Source of the DNA: Spirochaetia bacterium
GTDB lineage: Bacteria; Spirochaetota; Spirochaetia; SZUA-6; Bin103
DNA: 64,000 nucleotides
Reading direction: 5' to 3'
NCBI GenBank assembly: GCA_965208575.1
Contig: CBDBOV010000004.1
Span: forward strand, 1,248,001-1,312,000
In this document: piece after piece, positions 9,450-19,324 of the stretch
Layout of the letters: every line of letters starts with the position of its first letter
Numbering within the stretch: position 1 is the stretch's first letter
Position numbers and translations under genes: made by a program
The notes under the pieces: generated by a model
The model's input: the letters and a program-made list of their open reading frames with translations, nothing else
Told to the model about the DNA's origin: nothing
Databases searched by the model: none

Positions 9450-10844
9450 CTACGGCTGCGGAGGCAGCGTGTTGCGCAGCGCCATCACTTCGCCGCGCAC
9501 CCCGGCGTAGGCCAGCAGGTCGAGGTGCAGAGCGTGCAGCCGCTGCGCCTGCTCGCCCGCTGAGCGCGCGAGGTCGCGCTCCTGGGCCGGGTCGTCCGGC
9601 AGGTGGAACAGCTCGAACGGGTCGCGGTTGCCGCGGTAATGCAGGGTCCAGGCGCCGTCGGTGACGCTGGCGGTTTGGCGGGCGGTGCGCCCGGTTGCGG
9701 CGTCCATGGCCGCCGTGGTCACCACCACGGGCCGCTCCGGCATCGCCTCGCCGCGCACCGCCGGCAGCAGGCTGGCGCCCTTCACGCCGGCGGGCAGCGG
9801 CAGCCCCGCCAGCTCCAGCATGGTCGGCATCAGGTCCACCGACTGCGCCAGGAACTGCGAACGCCGGCCCGCTACGGACGCGCCGGCCTCGCCGGGAAGC
9901 CGGATCATCAGCGCCGCGTGGCTCACCTCGTCGTAGTAGGGCCAGTCGAGCCGGTCGCCGCCGTCCTGGTTGCTCTTCCCGAAACGGCCGTGGTCGCCGA
10001 CGTTGAAGCCGTGATCGGAGTGGAAGATCACCGCCGTGTCGTCGGGGCAGCAGTAGTCGATCTTCTCCAGCAGGCGGCCCACCCAGGTATCCACCAGCGT
10101 CACCTCGCCGGCGTACAGCGCGCGGGCGTGGCGGATCTCCGCCTCGGTGGCGCCGATCTCCTCGCAGCGGGCGTATGGCGGATGGTCGAGCAACTCGCCC
10201 GAGTAGCCGGGGTCGTACAGGTCGACGTAGTGCTGCGGCGGATCCCACGGCTCGTGCGGATCGAAGCAGTCCACCCACAGAAAGAACTTGTCGTGCGCGT
10301 GGTTGAGTTCGATCCAATCGGCGGCGTCCTGGAACGTGCGTGCGGCGAAGGTGTCGCGCTCGGTCTGCCAGTGGCGCTGCCGCCAGCGGTAGTGGTTGGC
10401 GCGCATCCGCTCCGGCGCGCGGATCTTCTCCGGTGCGCTCGGCAGCCGCACGTCGAGGGCGTCGGTGACGGCGCGGTCTCCCTCCTGGCCGCGGTTCCAC
10501 TTCCACCCCGTCAGCCCGCGGTCGAAGCGATGGCCGTCGCGCACGAGGTGCGGGGTGTCGGCGATCAGCATGGTGACGTAGCCCGCCGCGGTGAGCAGCT
10601 CGCCGACAATCGTCTCGTCCTCCGGCAGCGGCGTCCAGGAGCGGTAGGGGTACACCCACTTGCCGGTGATCATGTCGGTACGGTGCGGGATGGTGGGGAA
10701 GGAGCCGGTGTAGACACGCTCGAACGCCACGCTCTGCGCAGCCAGACGGTCCAGGTTGGGAGTGCGAATCCAGGGGTTGCCGCTGGCGCCAATGTGGTCC
10801 CAGCGCAAGGTGTCGCTGACGATAAGTACGATATTCACAGGCAT
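9450..10844 (-). CDS. Sulfatase-family hydrolase (Thr at nucleophile position)
   Basis: NIVLIVSDTLRWDH, FPTIPHR, FDPHEPWDPP, HSDHG. Confidence 0.88.
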   Translation of the reverse strand: MPVNIVLIVSDTLRWDHIGASGNPWIRTPNLDRLAAQSVAFERVYTGSFPTIPHRTDMITGKWVYPYRSWTPLPEDETIVGELLTAAGYVTMLIADTPHLVRDGHRFDRGLTGWKWNRGQEGDRAVTDALDVRLPSAPEKIRAPERMRANHYRWRQRHWQTERDTFAARTFQDAADWIELNHAHDKFFLWVDCFDPHEPWDPPQHYVDLYDPGYSGELLDHPPYARCEEIGATEAEIRHARALYAGEVTLVDTWVGRLLEKIDYCCPDDTAVIFHSDHGFNVGDHGRFGKSNQDGGDRLDWPYYDEVSHAALMIRLPGEAGASVAGRRSQFLAQSVDLMPTMLELAGLPLPAGVKGASLLPAVRGEAMPERPVVVTTAAMDAATGRTARQTASVTDGAWTLHYRGNRDPFELFHLPDDPAQERDLARSAGEQAQRLHALHLDLLAYAGVRGEVMALRNTLPPQP

Positions 10845-10857
10845 CTCCCGAGCAATC

Positions 10858-11691
10858 TTACACGCAGCCGGGGAACTCGCGGCCGCGGATGGACAGGAAC
10901 GGCAGCAGGTCGGGGCGCTCGCGCAACTCGGGCAGGTACCAGGTGCGGGCGCGCATGTAGTGGGTGGCGTAGCCGCGCCGCCGGTGCGGACTGCGGTTGG
11001 CGCCGCTGCGGTGATAGGTCAGGCTGTGATGGAAGCTGACGCTGCCGGGGCGCAGCTCGATGGGGGCGGTCGGCCAGTCGCCGTCCAGCAGCGACTCCAC
11101 CCGTTCCCTCGCCGCGTCCGGGATCATCCCCCAGCGGTGGCTGCCGACCGCCATCCACAGGCAGCCGTTGACCACCGTGGCCTCGTCGATCGCCGTCCAG
11201 GCGGTGACCATATCCATCGGGAACATGTTCATCCACGCCTGCGAATCCTGGTGCCACGCCTGCTCGCCGCCGTGGTACGCGGGCTTCATGAACAGTTGGT
11301 CGTTGTACAGCTTGAGGTCGTCCGTGGCGAGCAGATCGGCGATCACGTCGACCAGCCGGTCGCCGAACGCATGCCCGCGCAGCACCTCGTCATGGCGCGC
11401 GAGCTGGTACATCTTGCGCACCGCCGTGGTGCCGCCGCGGTTCCTGGCGCCGGCGTCCAGGAGAGCCTGCTCCAGCGTGACGTACTGATCGTGCGGACGG
11501 GTGACCATGTCCGCGGCGAGAAGGTCGGTACGCTCGGCAAGGCGGCCTATCGCCTTCGGATCGATCAAGTTGTGCACGATCAGGAAGCCGTCACGCCAGA
11601 ATCCCGCGCGCTGGCCCTCGGTCAGGACGCGCGGATTCCGCTCCAGCGGTGATCGACCTGCAAGTTGCCGGCTTCGGTTGGCGGGTTTCAC
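10858..11691 (-). CDS. Phytanoyl-CoA dioxygenase (PhyH) family protein
   Basis: FWRDGF, LFMKP, WHQD, TAWTAIDEATVVNGCL, HRSGANRS..RR; start uncertain. Confidence 0.88.
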   Translation of the reverse strand: MKPANRSRQLAGRSPLERNPRVLTEGQRAGFWRDGFLIVHNLIDPKAIGRLAERTDLLAADMVTRPHDQYVTLEQALLDAGARNRGGTTAVRKMYQLARHDEVLRGHAFGDRLVDVIADLLATDDLKLYNDQLFMKPAYHGGEQAWHQDSQAWMNMFPMDMVTAWTAIDEATVVNGCLWMAVGSHRWGMIPDAARERVESLLDGDWPTAPIELRPGSVSFHHSLTYHRSGANRSPHRRRGYATHYMRARTWYLPELRERPDLLPFLSIRGREFPGCV

Positions 11692-11819
11692 CTCGCCTGA
11701 TTCTACCGCACCGGCGAGCCGGTTGCGCGCAGCGGGAGCTCGGTAGCCCGGCAGCGGCCCGATGCCGCCCGTGGGCGTTCGCTTGCATCCGGTATCCGTG
11801 CCCACCTATACTTGTCCAC

Positions 11820-12041
11820 ATGGCACAAGTGACCGTCTACCTTCCAGCCGACGTGCTGGAGTCGGCGCGGCGGCGAGCCCGGGAACAACACCGCAGCTTG
11901 TCGGCGTGGGTGAGCGAGCTGATCCGCCGGGAGAGCGTAACCGAGTGGCCCGACAGCCTTGAGCAACTGCTCCGCCACGGCGACGCGGACTTGGTAGAAC
12001 CGCACGATCCTCCGCCCGAGGATGTCGAGGCGCTCCGTTAG
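11820..12041 (+). CDS. RHH/CopG-like antitoxin (VapB-like)
   Basis: MAQVTVYLP...SLSAWV; coupled to a downstream PIN gene. Confidence 0.75.
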   Translation: MAQVTVYLPADVLESARRRAREQHRSLSAWVSELIRRESVTEWPDSLEQLLRHGDADLVEPHDPPPEDVEALR

Positions 12042-12433
12042 TGTGGCTGCTCGACACCAGCGTGTGCATCCCGCTGATCAATCGTACGGACCAGGCACTG
12101 GCCGATCGTTTGCTTGCCCACGCTCCGGAAACGATCTGTCTGTGCAGTGTCGTGAAGGCGGAACTCTCCTTCGGCGCCCACAACTCCGAGCGGGTTGCCG
12201 AGAACCTGCAGCGGGTGGACCGATTCTGCTCCGCGTTCCCGTCGCTCCCGTTCGATGACGACGCGGCGTCTCACTATGGGTTGATCCGGACGCTGCTGCG
12301 CCGCGAAGGCCGGCCGATCGGAGCAAACGACCTGATGATCGCGTCGATCGCGCTGGCCGGTTCGGTGAGGCTCGTTACCCGCAACTGGGACGAATTCTCC
12401 CGCGTCCCCGGACTCGAAGTGGATCTCTGGTAA
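12041..12433 (+). CDS. vapC: VapC-family PIN toxin
   Basis: WLLDTSVCI, AELSFGA, PIGANDLMIASIAL, LVTRN..EF.RVPGL. Confidence 0.92.
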   Translation: MWLLDTSVCIPLINRTDQALADRLLAHAPETICLCSVVKAELSFGAHNSERVAENLQRVDRFCSAFPSLPFDDDAASHYGLIRTLLRREGRPIGANDLMIASIALAGSVRLVTRNWDEFSRVPGLEVDLW

Positions 12434-12477
12434 CGGGCCCGGGCAACAAGTCGCCCTCCCCTTCCGTAAGCCGGCCA

Positions 12478-13704
12478 GTGCGACCGCCGAGGTTCACCAC
12501 AGCAACCGGAGCGTTTCGGTACCCAGCTTTTCGGCGCGTGTGGGTGACCGGGGTGCTGATCGCGCTGGCTGCCTGGACGGAGCGGCTGGCAGCGGGCTGG
12601 CTGATCCTCACCGAGACCGACTCGGTATTTCTGACCGCGGTTTCGTTCGCCGTGCGGCAGGCGCCGGGGCTGATCGCGGCGCCGATAGCCGGAGCGATCA
12701 GCGACCGCGTGCCGCGCAACCGGCTGCTCGCGGTCGCGGCCGCGTTCCGGGCGGTGCTGCTGGCGCTGCTGGCGATGTTCGCCCTCTCCGGCCTGGAACC
12801 GCTGTGGGTCGCCTTCGTGCTGATCGCGCTGGCCGGCGTCGCCCACTCGTTCGAGACGCCGTCCACGCAGGCGCTGGTGACCGACTCCGTGCCGCGCCGC
12901 GCCGCCATGAACGCGGTCGCGCTGCAATCGGTCGGCGCGCGCGGCGTGGGCGCCCTGGGCGGGCTGCTCGGCGGCGTCGTGATTGCCGGCTACGGCATCC
13001 CGGCCGCCATGTTCGCCGGTGCGGTGGTCTCGCTGGCCGGGGCTCTGGTGGTCGGAACCATGCGACCGCTGGCGCGACGCGGCGCCGGTACCGGCCGCCG
13101 CGACACCTCGGTGCTGCACGACGTGGCCGACGGGCTGCGCGTCATGTTCGCGGTCCCGCTGGTGCGCACGCTGCTGGCGCTGGCGGTGCTGGTGGAGATG
13201 TTCGGGTTCGCCTACCACTCGGTGCTGCCCGCCGTGGCGCGCAACGTGCTGGCGGTGGGCGAGGTGGGCCTGGGCATGCTCACCATGATGGCCGGCTTCG
13301 GTTCGCTGGCCGGCGTGCTCGCGCTCACCGCGATCGGCAGCGTACGCCGCCGGGGCCTGCTGCTGATCGGCATCACGCTCGGCTACGGCGCGTTCCTGCT
13401 GTCGTTCGGCGCCTCCGGCGTGTTCCCCCTGTCGCTGGTCCTGATCGCCGGCGTCGGGGCGATGGCAGCCGCCTTCGACGCGATGCAATGGACCCTGCTG
13501 CAGCAGTACGTGCCCGACCACATGCGCGGCCGCGCCATCGGCGGCTGGGTGTTCGCGATCGGCTTCGGATGGGTAGGCTACCTGGCCCTCGGCGCCGTCG
13601 CGCAGACCGTCGGCGAACAGTGGGCGCTGGCCGCCACCGGAGCGCTGGTCGTGCTCACCGGACTCGCCGCCGCCACACTCGCCCCCAAGCTGCGCTCAGC
13701 GTAG
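12478..13704 (+). CDS. MFS transporter (MFS_3-like)
   Basis: About 12 hydrophobic segments; GAISDRVPR and VPDHMRGR motifs. Confidence 0.88.
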   Translation: MRPPRFTTATGAFRYPAFRRVWVTGVLIALAAWTERLAAGWLILTETDSVFLTAVSFAVRQAPGLIAAPIAGAISDRVPRNRLLAVAAAFRAVLLALLAMFALSGLEPLWVAFVLIALAGVAHSFETPSTQALVTDSVPRRAAMNAVALQSVGARGVGALGGLLGGVVIAGYGIPAAMFAGAVVSLAGALVVGTMRPLARRGAGTGRRDTSVLHDVADGLRVMFAVPLVRTLLALAVLVEMFGFAYHSVLPAVARNVLAVGEVGLGMLTMMAGFGSLAGVLALTAIGSVRRRGLLLIGITLGYGAFLLSFGASGVFPLSLVLIAGVGAMAAAFDAMQWTLLQQYVPDHMRGRAIGGWVFAIGFGWVGYLALGAVAQTVGEQWALAATGALVVLTGLAAATLAPKLRSA

Positions 13705-13845
13705 GCGAATGACGTATACACTCGGACGGACTGGTGGGGCGCAACCGGCGGCATCATAGCGCTTCACAACTCGGCATCCGTGGGCACCGTGATGACCCAA
13801 CAACTCGGCCGGCCGCCGGTGATCCGGTCAAGCCAACCCCGCCCA

Positions 13846-13876
13846 TGTCCGGGCCTGTTCGGGCATGTTCGGGCCT
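13846..13876 (+). repeat. Three tandem 10-bp repeats TGT(C/T)CGGGC(C/A)
   Basis: tgtccgggcc tgttcgggca tgttcgggcc just past the Gfo stop. Confidence 0.6.
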
Positions 13877-13880
13877 CTCC

Positions 13881-15149
13881 TCACACGCCGCGCAGTCCGG
13901 CGGCGTCGTCGATCGGCTCCTGGTAGGCGCGCACCGCGCCGGTCATGACCTCGTCGACGGTGACCGGCTTGCCGCACGCGGCCGACTCCAGCATGGCGTA
14001 CGACACGGCGACCGCGCGCATGCCCTTCTCCACGTCCACCTCCACGGCTGCGCCGTCCGCGACCGCGCGTCCCAGTTCGGCGTATTCCACGGCGATCAGC
14101 TTGCGGTCGATCGCCGGGAACTCCAGCTCGTAGCCGGCCAGCATCTCGCCCCCGAACAGCCGCGCGGTCACCTCCTCCAGGCGGAACTCCGGCACCCACT
14201 CCAACAGATCGGCGCCGCCGTGGCGCTCGCCATCCCGGTCGAGCATAAAGGGGTGCCCGCTGCGGTCCGGCGGCAGCTCCATGGCCCCTTCGGAACCGTA
14301 CAGGGCGCGCCGCCACTGGCGCAGCCCGCGTGCCGCGTGGTCCGACACGTACTGGCCGGCGGCGCCGCTGGCGAAGCGCAGCGTGGCATACACTGCATCC
14401 TCGGCGTCGACCGTGAACCGCTCCGGCATGTGCCGCTGCCAGCGCTCGTAGACGCCGGCGGGATTGACCGCACCGCCGCCGGGCGCGGCCGCCGGGTTGG
14501 CGCGCTCCGGCTCGTGCAGCCGCGCCTGCGCGTACACCTCCGTCACCGGCCCGCACAGGTACTCCATCATGTCGGCGTCGTGCACGCCGGCGTCCACCAG
14601 CAGCCCGCCCTGTTCCTTGCGGTGCCGCCACACGGTGATGAACATCACGTCGCCGCCGCCGAGGCTGTTGTGCTGGTAGAAACGCGGCGCACCGATGGCG
14701 CCGGCGTCGATCAGCGCGCGCGCCAGCCGGTTCAACGGGTCGCGGCGGTAGTTCTCCGCCACGCTCACCACCAGTCCCGAGCGGTCCGCGCACTGCCGGA
14801 TGAAGCGGCACGCCGCCACCGACACACCCAGCGGCTTCTCCACCATCACGTGCCAGCCCCGCTCCAGCGCGACGGCCACGACGGTGTGGTGCCCCACCGT
14901 GCTGGTGGTAACGTCCACCGCCTGCACGCCGAGCGGCGCCAGTTCATCCAGGCTCGCCACGGTCGCCGGGCGCACGCCGAAGTGGCGCTCCGCAGCGGCG
15001 GCAAGAGAGCCCGCGTTGGCGGCCACCGGATCGCACGCGCCGACCAGCCGGAACGGGCTCAGACCCGCCCGGTGCAACTCCGCCAACCCCTCCAGGTGGC
15101 GGTGTCCCATGCCCCCGCAGCCGACAATGGCCAGCGCAATCTGCTCCAT
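13881..15149 (-). CDS. Gfo/Idh/MocA oxidoreductase
   Basis: IVGCGGMG, HVMVEKP, AENYR, DAGVH. Confidence 0.9.
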   Translation of the reverse strand: MEQIALAIVGCGGMGHRHLEGLAELHRAGLSPFRLVGACDPVAANAGSLAAAAERHFGVRPATVASLDELAPLGVQAVDVTTSTVGHHTVVAVALERGWHVMVEKPLGVSVAACRFIRQCADRSGLVVSVAENYRRDPLNRLARALIDAGAIGAPRFYQHNSLGGGDVMFITVWRHRKEQGGLLVDAGVHDADMMEYLCGPVTEVYAQARLHEPERANPAAAPGGGAVNPAGVYERWQRHMPERFTVDAEDAVYATLRFASGAAGQYVSDHAARGLRQWRRALYGSEGAMELPPDRSGHPFMLDRDGERHGGADLLEWVPEFRLEEVTARLFGGEMLAGYELEFPAIDRKLIAVEYAELGRAVADGAAVEVDVEKGMRAVAVSYAMLESAACGKPVTVDEVMTGAVRAYQEPIDDAAGLRGV

Positions 15150-15213
15150 CCTTGTCCTCCCGGCCGCATCGTACCGACTGGCGCCGATGGCGTCAGTGCG
15201 CTACGGTCTGGCC

Positions 15214-16110
15214 ATGAACCAGATACCGATTGTCGACACCCACCAGCACCTCTGGGACCTCGACCTGCTCCACCTGCCGTGGCTCGACGAGGCGCCGCAG
15301 CTCGCCCGCCACCACCGCATCGACGACTACCTGCGCGAGGTGGAGGGTCACGGGGTGGCCAGGGCGGTGTACATGGAAGTCGACGTGGCGCCCTCCGAAC
15401 GCCCGCGCGAACGCGAGCTGATCAGCGCGCTGTGCCGCGACCCGGAGGCGCCCACCTGCGGCGCGGTGTTCGGCGCCACCCCCGGCAGCGTCGAGTTCCC
15501 GGCGGTCTGCGACGCCCTGGCCGCCAACCCCTACGCCAAGGGCGCGCGCCTGGTGCTGCACCCGCCCAACCTGCCGGGCGACCACTGCTTGCGGGACGCC
15601 TTCGTCGACGACGTGCGCCTGCTCGGCGCCAACGGCCTGATGTTCGACATCTGCATCCGCCCGACCGCCCTGGCCTCAGCCGCCGAGCTGGCGCGCCGCT
15701 GCCCCGACATGACCTTCATCCTGGACCACTGCGGCAACGCCGACCCGCACATCGTGGCCGGCAACGGCGGCAATCCCGACGACCCGACCTACGGCCACAC
15801 GCGCGAGCAGTGGCTGGAAGGGATGCAGACCGTGGCGGCGCAACCCAACACGGTGTGCAAGATCTCCGGCATCGTCGCGCGCGCCGCCCCCGGCTGGTCC
15901 GCCGCCGACCTGGCCCCGGCGGTCAATCACTGCATCGACAGCTTCGGCGAAGACCGCATCGTGTTCGGCAGCGACTGGCCGGTATGCACCTTCGGCGCCC
16001 CCCTTGGCGAGTGGATCACCGCCCTGCGCGAGATCATCAGCTCCCGCCCCGAACCCCTTCAGCACAAGCTCCTGCACGAAAACGCCACCCGCATCTACCA
16101 GCTCGCGTAG
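15214..16110 (+). CDS. Amidohydrolase_2 family protein (L-fuconolactonase-like)
   Basis: DTHQHLWD, LDHCG, CKISG, FGSDWPV. Confidence 0.9.
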   Translation: MNQIPIVDTHQHLWDLDLLHLPWLDEAPQLARHHRIDDYLREVEGHGVARAVYMEVDVAPSERPRERELISALCRDPEAPTCGAVFGATPGSVEFPAVCDALAANPYAKGARLVLHPPNLPGDHCLRDAFVDDVRLLGANGLMFDICIRPTALASAAELARRCPDMTFILDHCGNADPHIVAGNGGNPDDPTYGHTREQWLEGMQTVAAQPNTVCKISGIVARAAPGWSAADLAPAVNHCIDSFGEDRIVFGSDWPVCTFGAPLGEWITALREIISSRPEPLQHKLLHENATRIYQLA

Positions 16111-16339
16111 CCGCCCGCTGATGCCTGCTTCGCCGCGTACGTGTTGCATGGACAGAGGTTCGCCGCGTATCTTTACACCACGGTAGAGAATGCCACGATT
16201 CGCCATACTTCCCATCAAGCAGCCAAAGAGCCCGGCACCCGCATCTACCGATTGAGGTAGCCCTCGCCGGAACCGTCACACGGCGAAGCTGTCGTTTGGG
16301 ATGGACGTATAAGCACACAAACGCTTATATAGTGGCTAC

Positions 16340-16564
16340 ATGAATTCGACTCGATGGTCGCTGGTGGTCTCCGAGGGCACCGATCGCGCACTCCGCACCT
16401 TTCTTGCCAGCCGCGGCTTGAAGAAAGGCCATCTCTCACAGTTCGTCGAGGAAGCCGTGAGAGAAAAGTTGTTCGATCTCACCGTCTCAGACGTCAAGGA
16501 GCGCAACGTCGGACAGACCGACGCGGTCATGCAAGCCGTTGATGAGGCCCTCGACCGAGCGTGA
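16340..16564 (+). CDS. Ribbon-helix-helix antitoxin
   Basis: TRWSLVVS..TD.ALR.FLA..G.KKG.LS.FVEEAV; upstream of a PIN gene. Confidence 0.75.
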   Translation: MNSTRWSLVVSEGTDRALRTFLASRGLKKGHLSQFVEEAVREKLFDLTVSDVKERNVGQTDAVMQAVDEALDRA

Positions 16565-16567
16565 GCC

Positions 16568-16979
16568 GTGCGTGTCGTGCTCGACACCGGGATACTCATC
16601 GCCGCCCTGATTACCCGCAACACGCCCCCGGACCCAACTGTACCAGTTGTGGCGGAAGCGACGGTTCACGCTGATCACTTCGGAGTCGCAACTTGATGAG
16701 TTCCGGCGCGTTACCCGATACGCGAAGCTGCGCCGATTCCTGAAGCCTCACGAAGCAGGGTCGCTCGTACGCGGTGTACGAGCCCGAGCAGTGCTTGTAT
16801 CAGAGCTGCCAAACATCGATCTGGTGGATGACCCCGGCGACAATCTCGTGCTCGCTACTGCACTTGCCGGCGACGCCGATTACCTGGTCACGGGCGACCG
16901 GCGCCACCTGCTGCATCTGAAGAAGGTTCGCAGGACCAGGATACTGACGGCACGTGAACTCGCGTGTCGGCTCGACTGA
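16568..16979 (+). pseudogene. PIN-family toxin with +1 frameshift
   Basis: GTG 16568 gives MRVVLDTGILIAALI...TPPD; extra C in ccc at 16633-16635; continues QLYQLWRKRRF...DPGDNLVLATALAG.ADYLVTGD. Confidence 0.8.
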
Positions 16980-17057
16980 GGGACCGGTTGCGGTCGCTGG
17001 GACGGCACTACGGCCTACCCGGTGGTGCCGCCCACCGCCAGGGCCTGGATCAAACCG

Positions 17058-17516
17058 TCACGGACCGTCTGATCCGATCTTCCGGATGAGGAAGTCCCCC
17101 TCACTCGATCCCTCGGAGGTAAACGTGACGAACGCGAAAGTCGCACTATGCACGTGTTCGCACTCGTGGGTTCCGGCCCGCCGGTCGTCGAACGTCAGGT
17201 CGCAGGTGACCCTTGAAGCCGCTGAGCCGGAATCCCCGAAGACTATCGAAACGGTGGCGGTGTCGCGGCCATCGCGAGAGTAGGTCCAGTTCCGCGCTCT
17301 GTCGAGGACCGAATTAAGTGCTCTCTCCTTGGACTTGAAGTGGAATTCATCCGAGTGAGCAAGCAAGACGCCCTCCCGTCGATCGTGCGTGAACTCCAGG
17401 GTGTACCCTACGATTGAATCGGGAGCTACCGGCCCGGTGGTAGTTACGGTTACCGAGCAACCGGAGATTAGGACGGCCATTGCGATGTGAGCCAGCCAGA
17501 CGAATCGCTTGTTCAT
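17058..17516 (-). CDS. Hypothetical lipoprotein
   Basis: RBS GGAGGAG; MNKR plus hydrophobic stretch plus lipobox ISGC. Confidence 0.7.
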   Translation of the reverse strand: MNKRFVWLAHIAMAVLISGCSVTVTTTGPVAPDSIVGYTLEFTHDRREGVLLAHSDEFHFKSKERALNSVLDRARNWTYSRDGRDTATVSIVFGDSGSAASRVTCDLTFDDRRAGTHECEHVHSATFAFVTFTSEGSSEGDFLIRKIGSDGP

Positions 17517-17915
17517 GATTCTCCTCCGCAGTCTACGTTCCGCGCGGTGTGAGGCGCGGTCACGAGCATGAACGATCCGCGGCCCACGCTCCATAACGAC
17601 ATGATAGCGGGTTCCACGCAGAATGTCCCGGCGCCGCGGGCCGCTACGCCTCAACTTTCAGCCGGGGGCCAACTGATGCCGTCGCGGCCGGCGAGGTGCC
17701 GTACTTCGCTGGCGACAGGGCGACATGCAAGCGGTGGGTCAGATGGGCGCGGCGGTCGCGTGGCGGGTCGCCCACAGGCGAGTCGAGGTGGATCTGCGGT
17801 TCGAGGCACCACTCGAAGCGCTCGAAGCCACCACGCCGATGGCGGCGCTCCGCCACGGACACACGTACCGCCACGTCCAGCTTGCCCACCAGCGCGGTCT
17901 CCTGAGAAACAACAA

Positions 17916-19304
17916 TCAGGCGGCCTCCGGGACAAGCTCATAACCGAGTGCGTGTGCCTGCCTTCGGAGCCGGCGTTCAAAGCGGCGCCGGTCCTGGCGC
18001 TCCTCGGCGGCGAGGATGCTGTCATCGTAGGCCACGCGATGCGTGATCAGATGGTAGATGATCCGAGCCAGTTTATGCGCGACTGCAGTGGTCGCTTCGG
18101 GAGTACCCAGACGCGCCCGCATGCGGCGGAAGTGCTGGCCCAGGGCCGATGGGCTGCGGTACAACGACTGGGTCGCCCAGTGCAGCGCCTGGGCGGCCCG
18201 ATTGGTGCCCCGACCGGTGTGCGAGCTGATGATCTTGCCGCCGGTGATCTGGTTGTGGGGGCACAGGTGCAGCCAGGAGGCGAATTGCGGTGCGGTCGGA
18301 AAGCGGGACAGTTCCGGGCCGAGTTCGGTGAACAGAACCAGCGCCGTACTTTCGCCGATGCCGGGAATCAGCGTCAGGTCAGTGCCGAACAGGTGCGTAA
18401 GGTGGCCGCGCAGGTCGAACCGCTTGGCCGGTGACTCGGTTGGCGCCTCGGGCTCCGCATCGATTCCCTCATCCGGTGGGTCGTCGCCCACCGCGCCGGG
18501 TGGCTCGCTGCTGGCTTCGAACGCGCGGATGCCGGCTTCGATTTCCTGATCGCACTCCGTGATGAGTTGTTGGTAGTGGGCATAGGTCGCTCGCGCGTGC
18601 CGCAACGCCAACAGGTGCTCGGCGCGCCAGTCGCCCTGCAGCGCCTTGATCAAGGTCTCGCGGCTGGCTTTGATCCGCCGGTCGGCCAGAGCGGCCAACC
18701 GCGCCGGATCCCGCTCACCCGCCAGGATAGCGTCCGTAATGGCCAGACCGGTCGTCCCCGTCAGGTCAGAGATGGCATGGTGCAGATGCACGTTCATCTG
18801 GCTGTACGCCTTCTGCATGTGCAACACGCTGCGCGACGCCATCTTGATCAAGGTGTCGCGATGGCGCAGCACCGAGCGCAGTGCACACACCTCGTCGGCA
18901 GGGCGGAATGAGCCGCGCAGCAATCCCACCGAGTGCAGGTAGCGCAACCACTCGCAGTCGGCCACGTCGGACTTCCGACCGGGTACCGAGTGCACGTGAC
19001 GCGCATTCACCAGCACCACGTCGAAGCCGTGTGCCTCCAGGATCTGATACACCGGAATCCAGTACACACCGGTGGACTCCATCGCCACCGTGGTGACCTC
19101 GCATTCCTTGAGCCAGTCGGCCAAGGCGTGCAGGTCCGCGGTGAACGTAGCAAAGTTCCGGATCGGGTCCGGGTCGCGCTCCGGGCGCACAGCCGCGTAC
19201 ACCTCGGTAGCGCCTATGTCCAAGCCGGCAGCGTCCGGGTGCATCACCTTTGGTTGCGCTGTGCGACTGCCCTTGCCCTTGCGTCTGTGTCTGCGTCGTG
19301 CCAT
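17916..19304 (-). CDS. IS110 DEDD recombinase/transposase
   Basis: GLDIG, AMESTGVYW, RKSDVAD, IPGIG, LCP...TGGK, AVAHKLARIIY; ATG 19304 with RBS GGAGG. Confidence 0.95.
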   Translation of the reverse strand: MARRRHRRKGKGSRTAQPKVMHPDAAGLDIGATEVYAAVRPERDPDPIRNFATFTADLHALADWLKECEVTTVAMESTGVYWIPVYQILEAHGFDVVLVNARHVHSVPGRKSDVADCEWLRYLHSVGLLRGSFRPADEVCALRSVLRHRDTLIKMASRSVLHMQKAYSQMNVHLHHAISDLTGTTGLAITDAILAGERDPARLAALADRRIKASRETLIKALQGDWRAEHLLALRHARATYAHYQQLITECDQEIEAGIRAFEASSEPPGAVGDDPPDEGIDAEPEAPTESPAKRFDLRGHLTHLFGTDLTLIPGIGESTALVLFTELGPELSRFPTAPQFASWLHLCPHNQITGGKIISSHTGRGTNRAAQALHWATQSLYRSPSALGQHFRRMRARLGTPEATTAVAHKLARIIYHLITHRVAYDDSILAAEERQDRRRFERRLRRQAHALGYELVPEAA

Positions 19305-19324
19305 GAAACCTCCGCTACGACTGA

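Noticed and set aside
13734-16121. Long overlapping ORFs (e.g. 795 aa here, 46002-48536, 60375-62705)
   Set aside because: Shadow frames of real genes in high-GC DNA, with Arg/Ala/Pro-rich composition and no motifs
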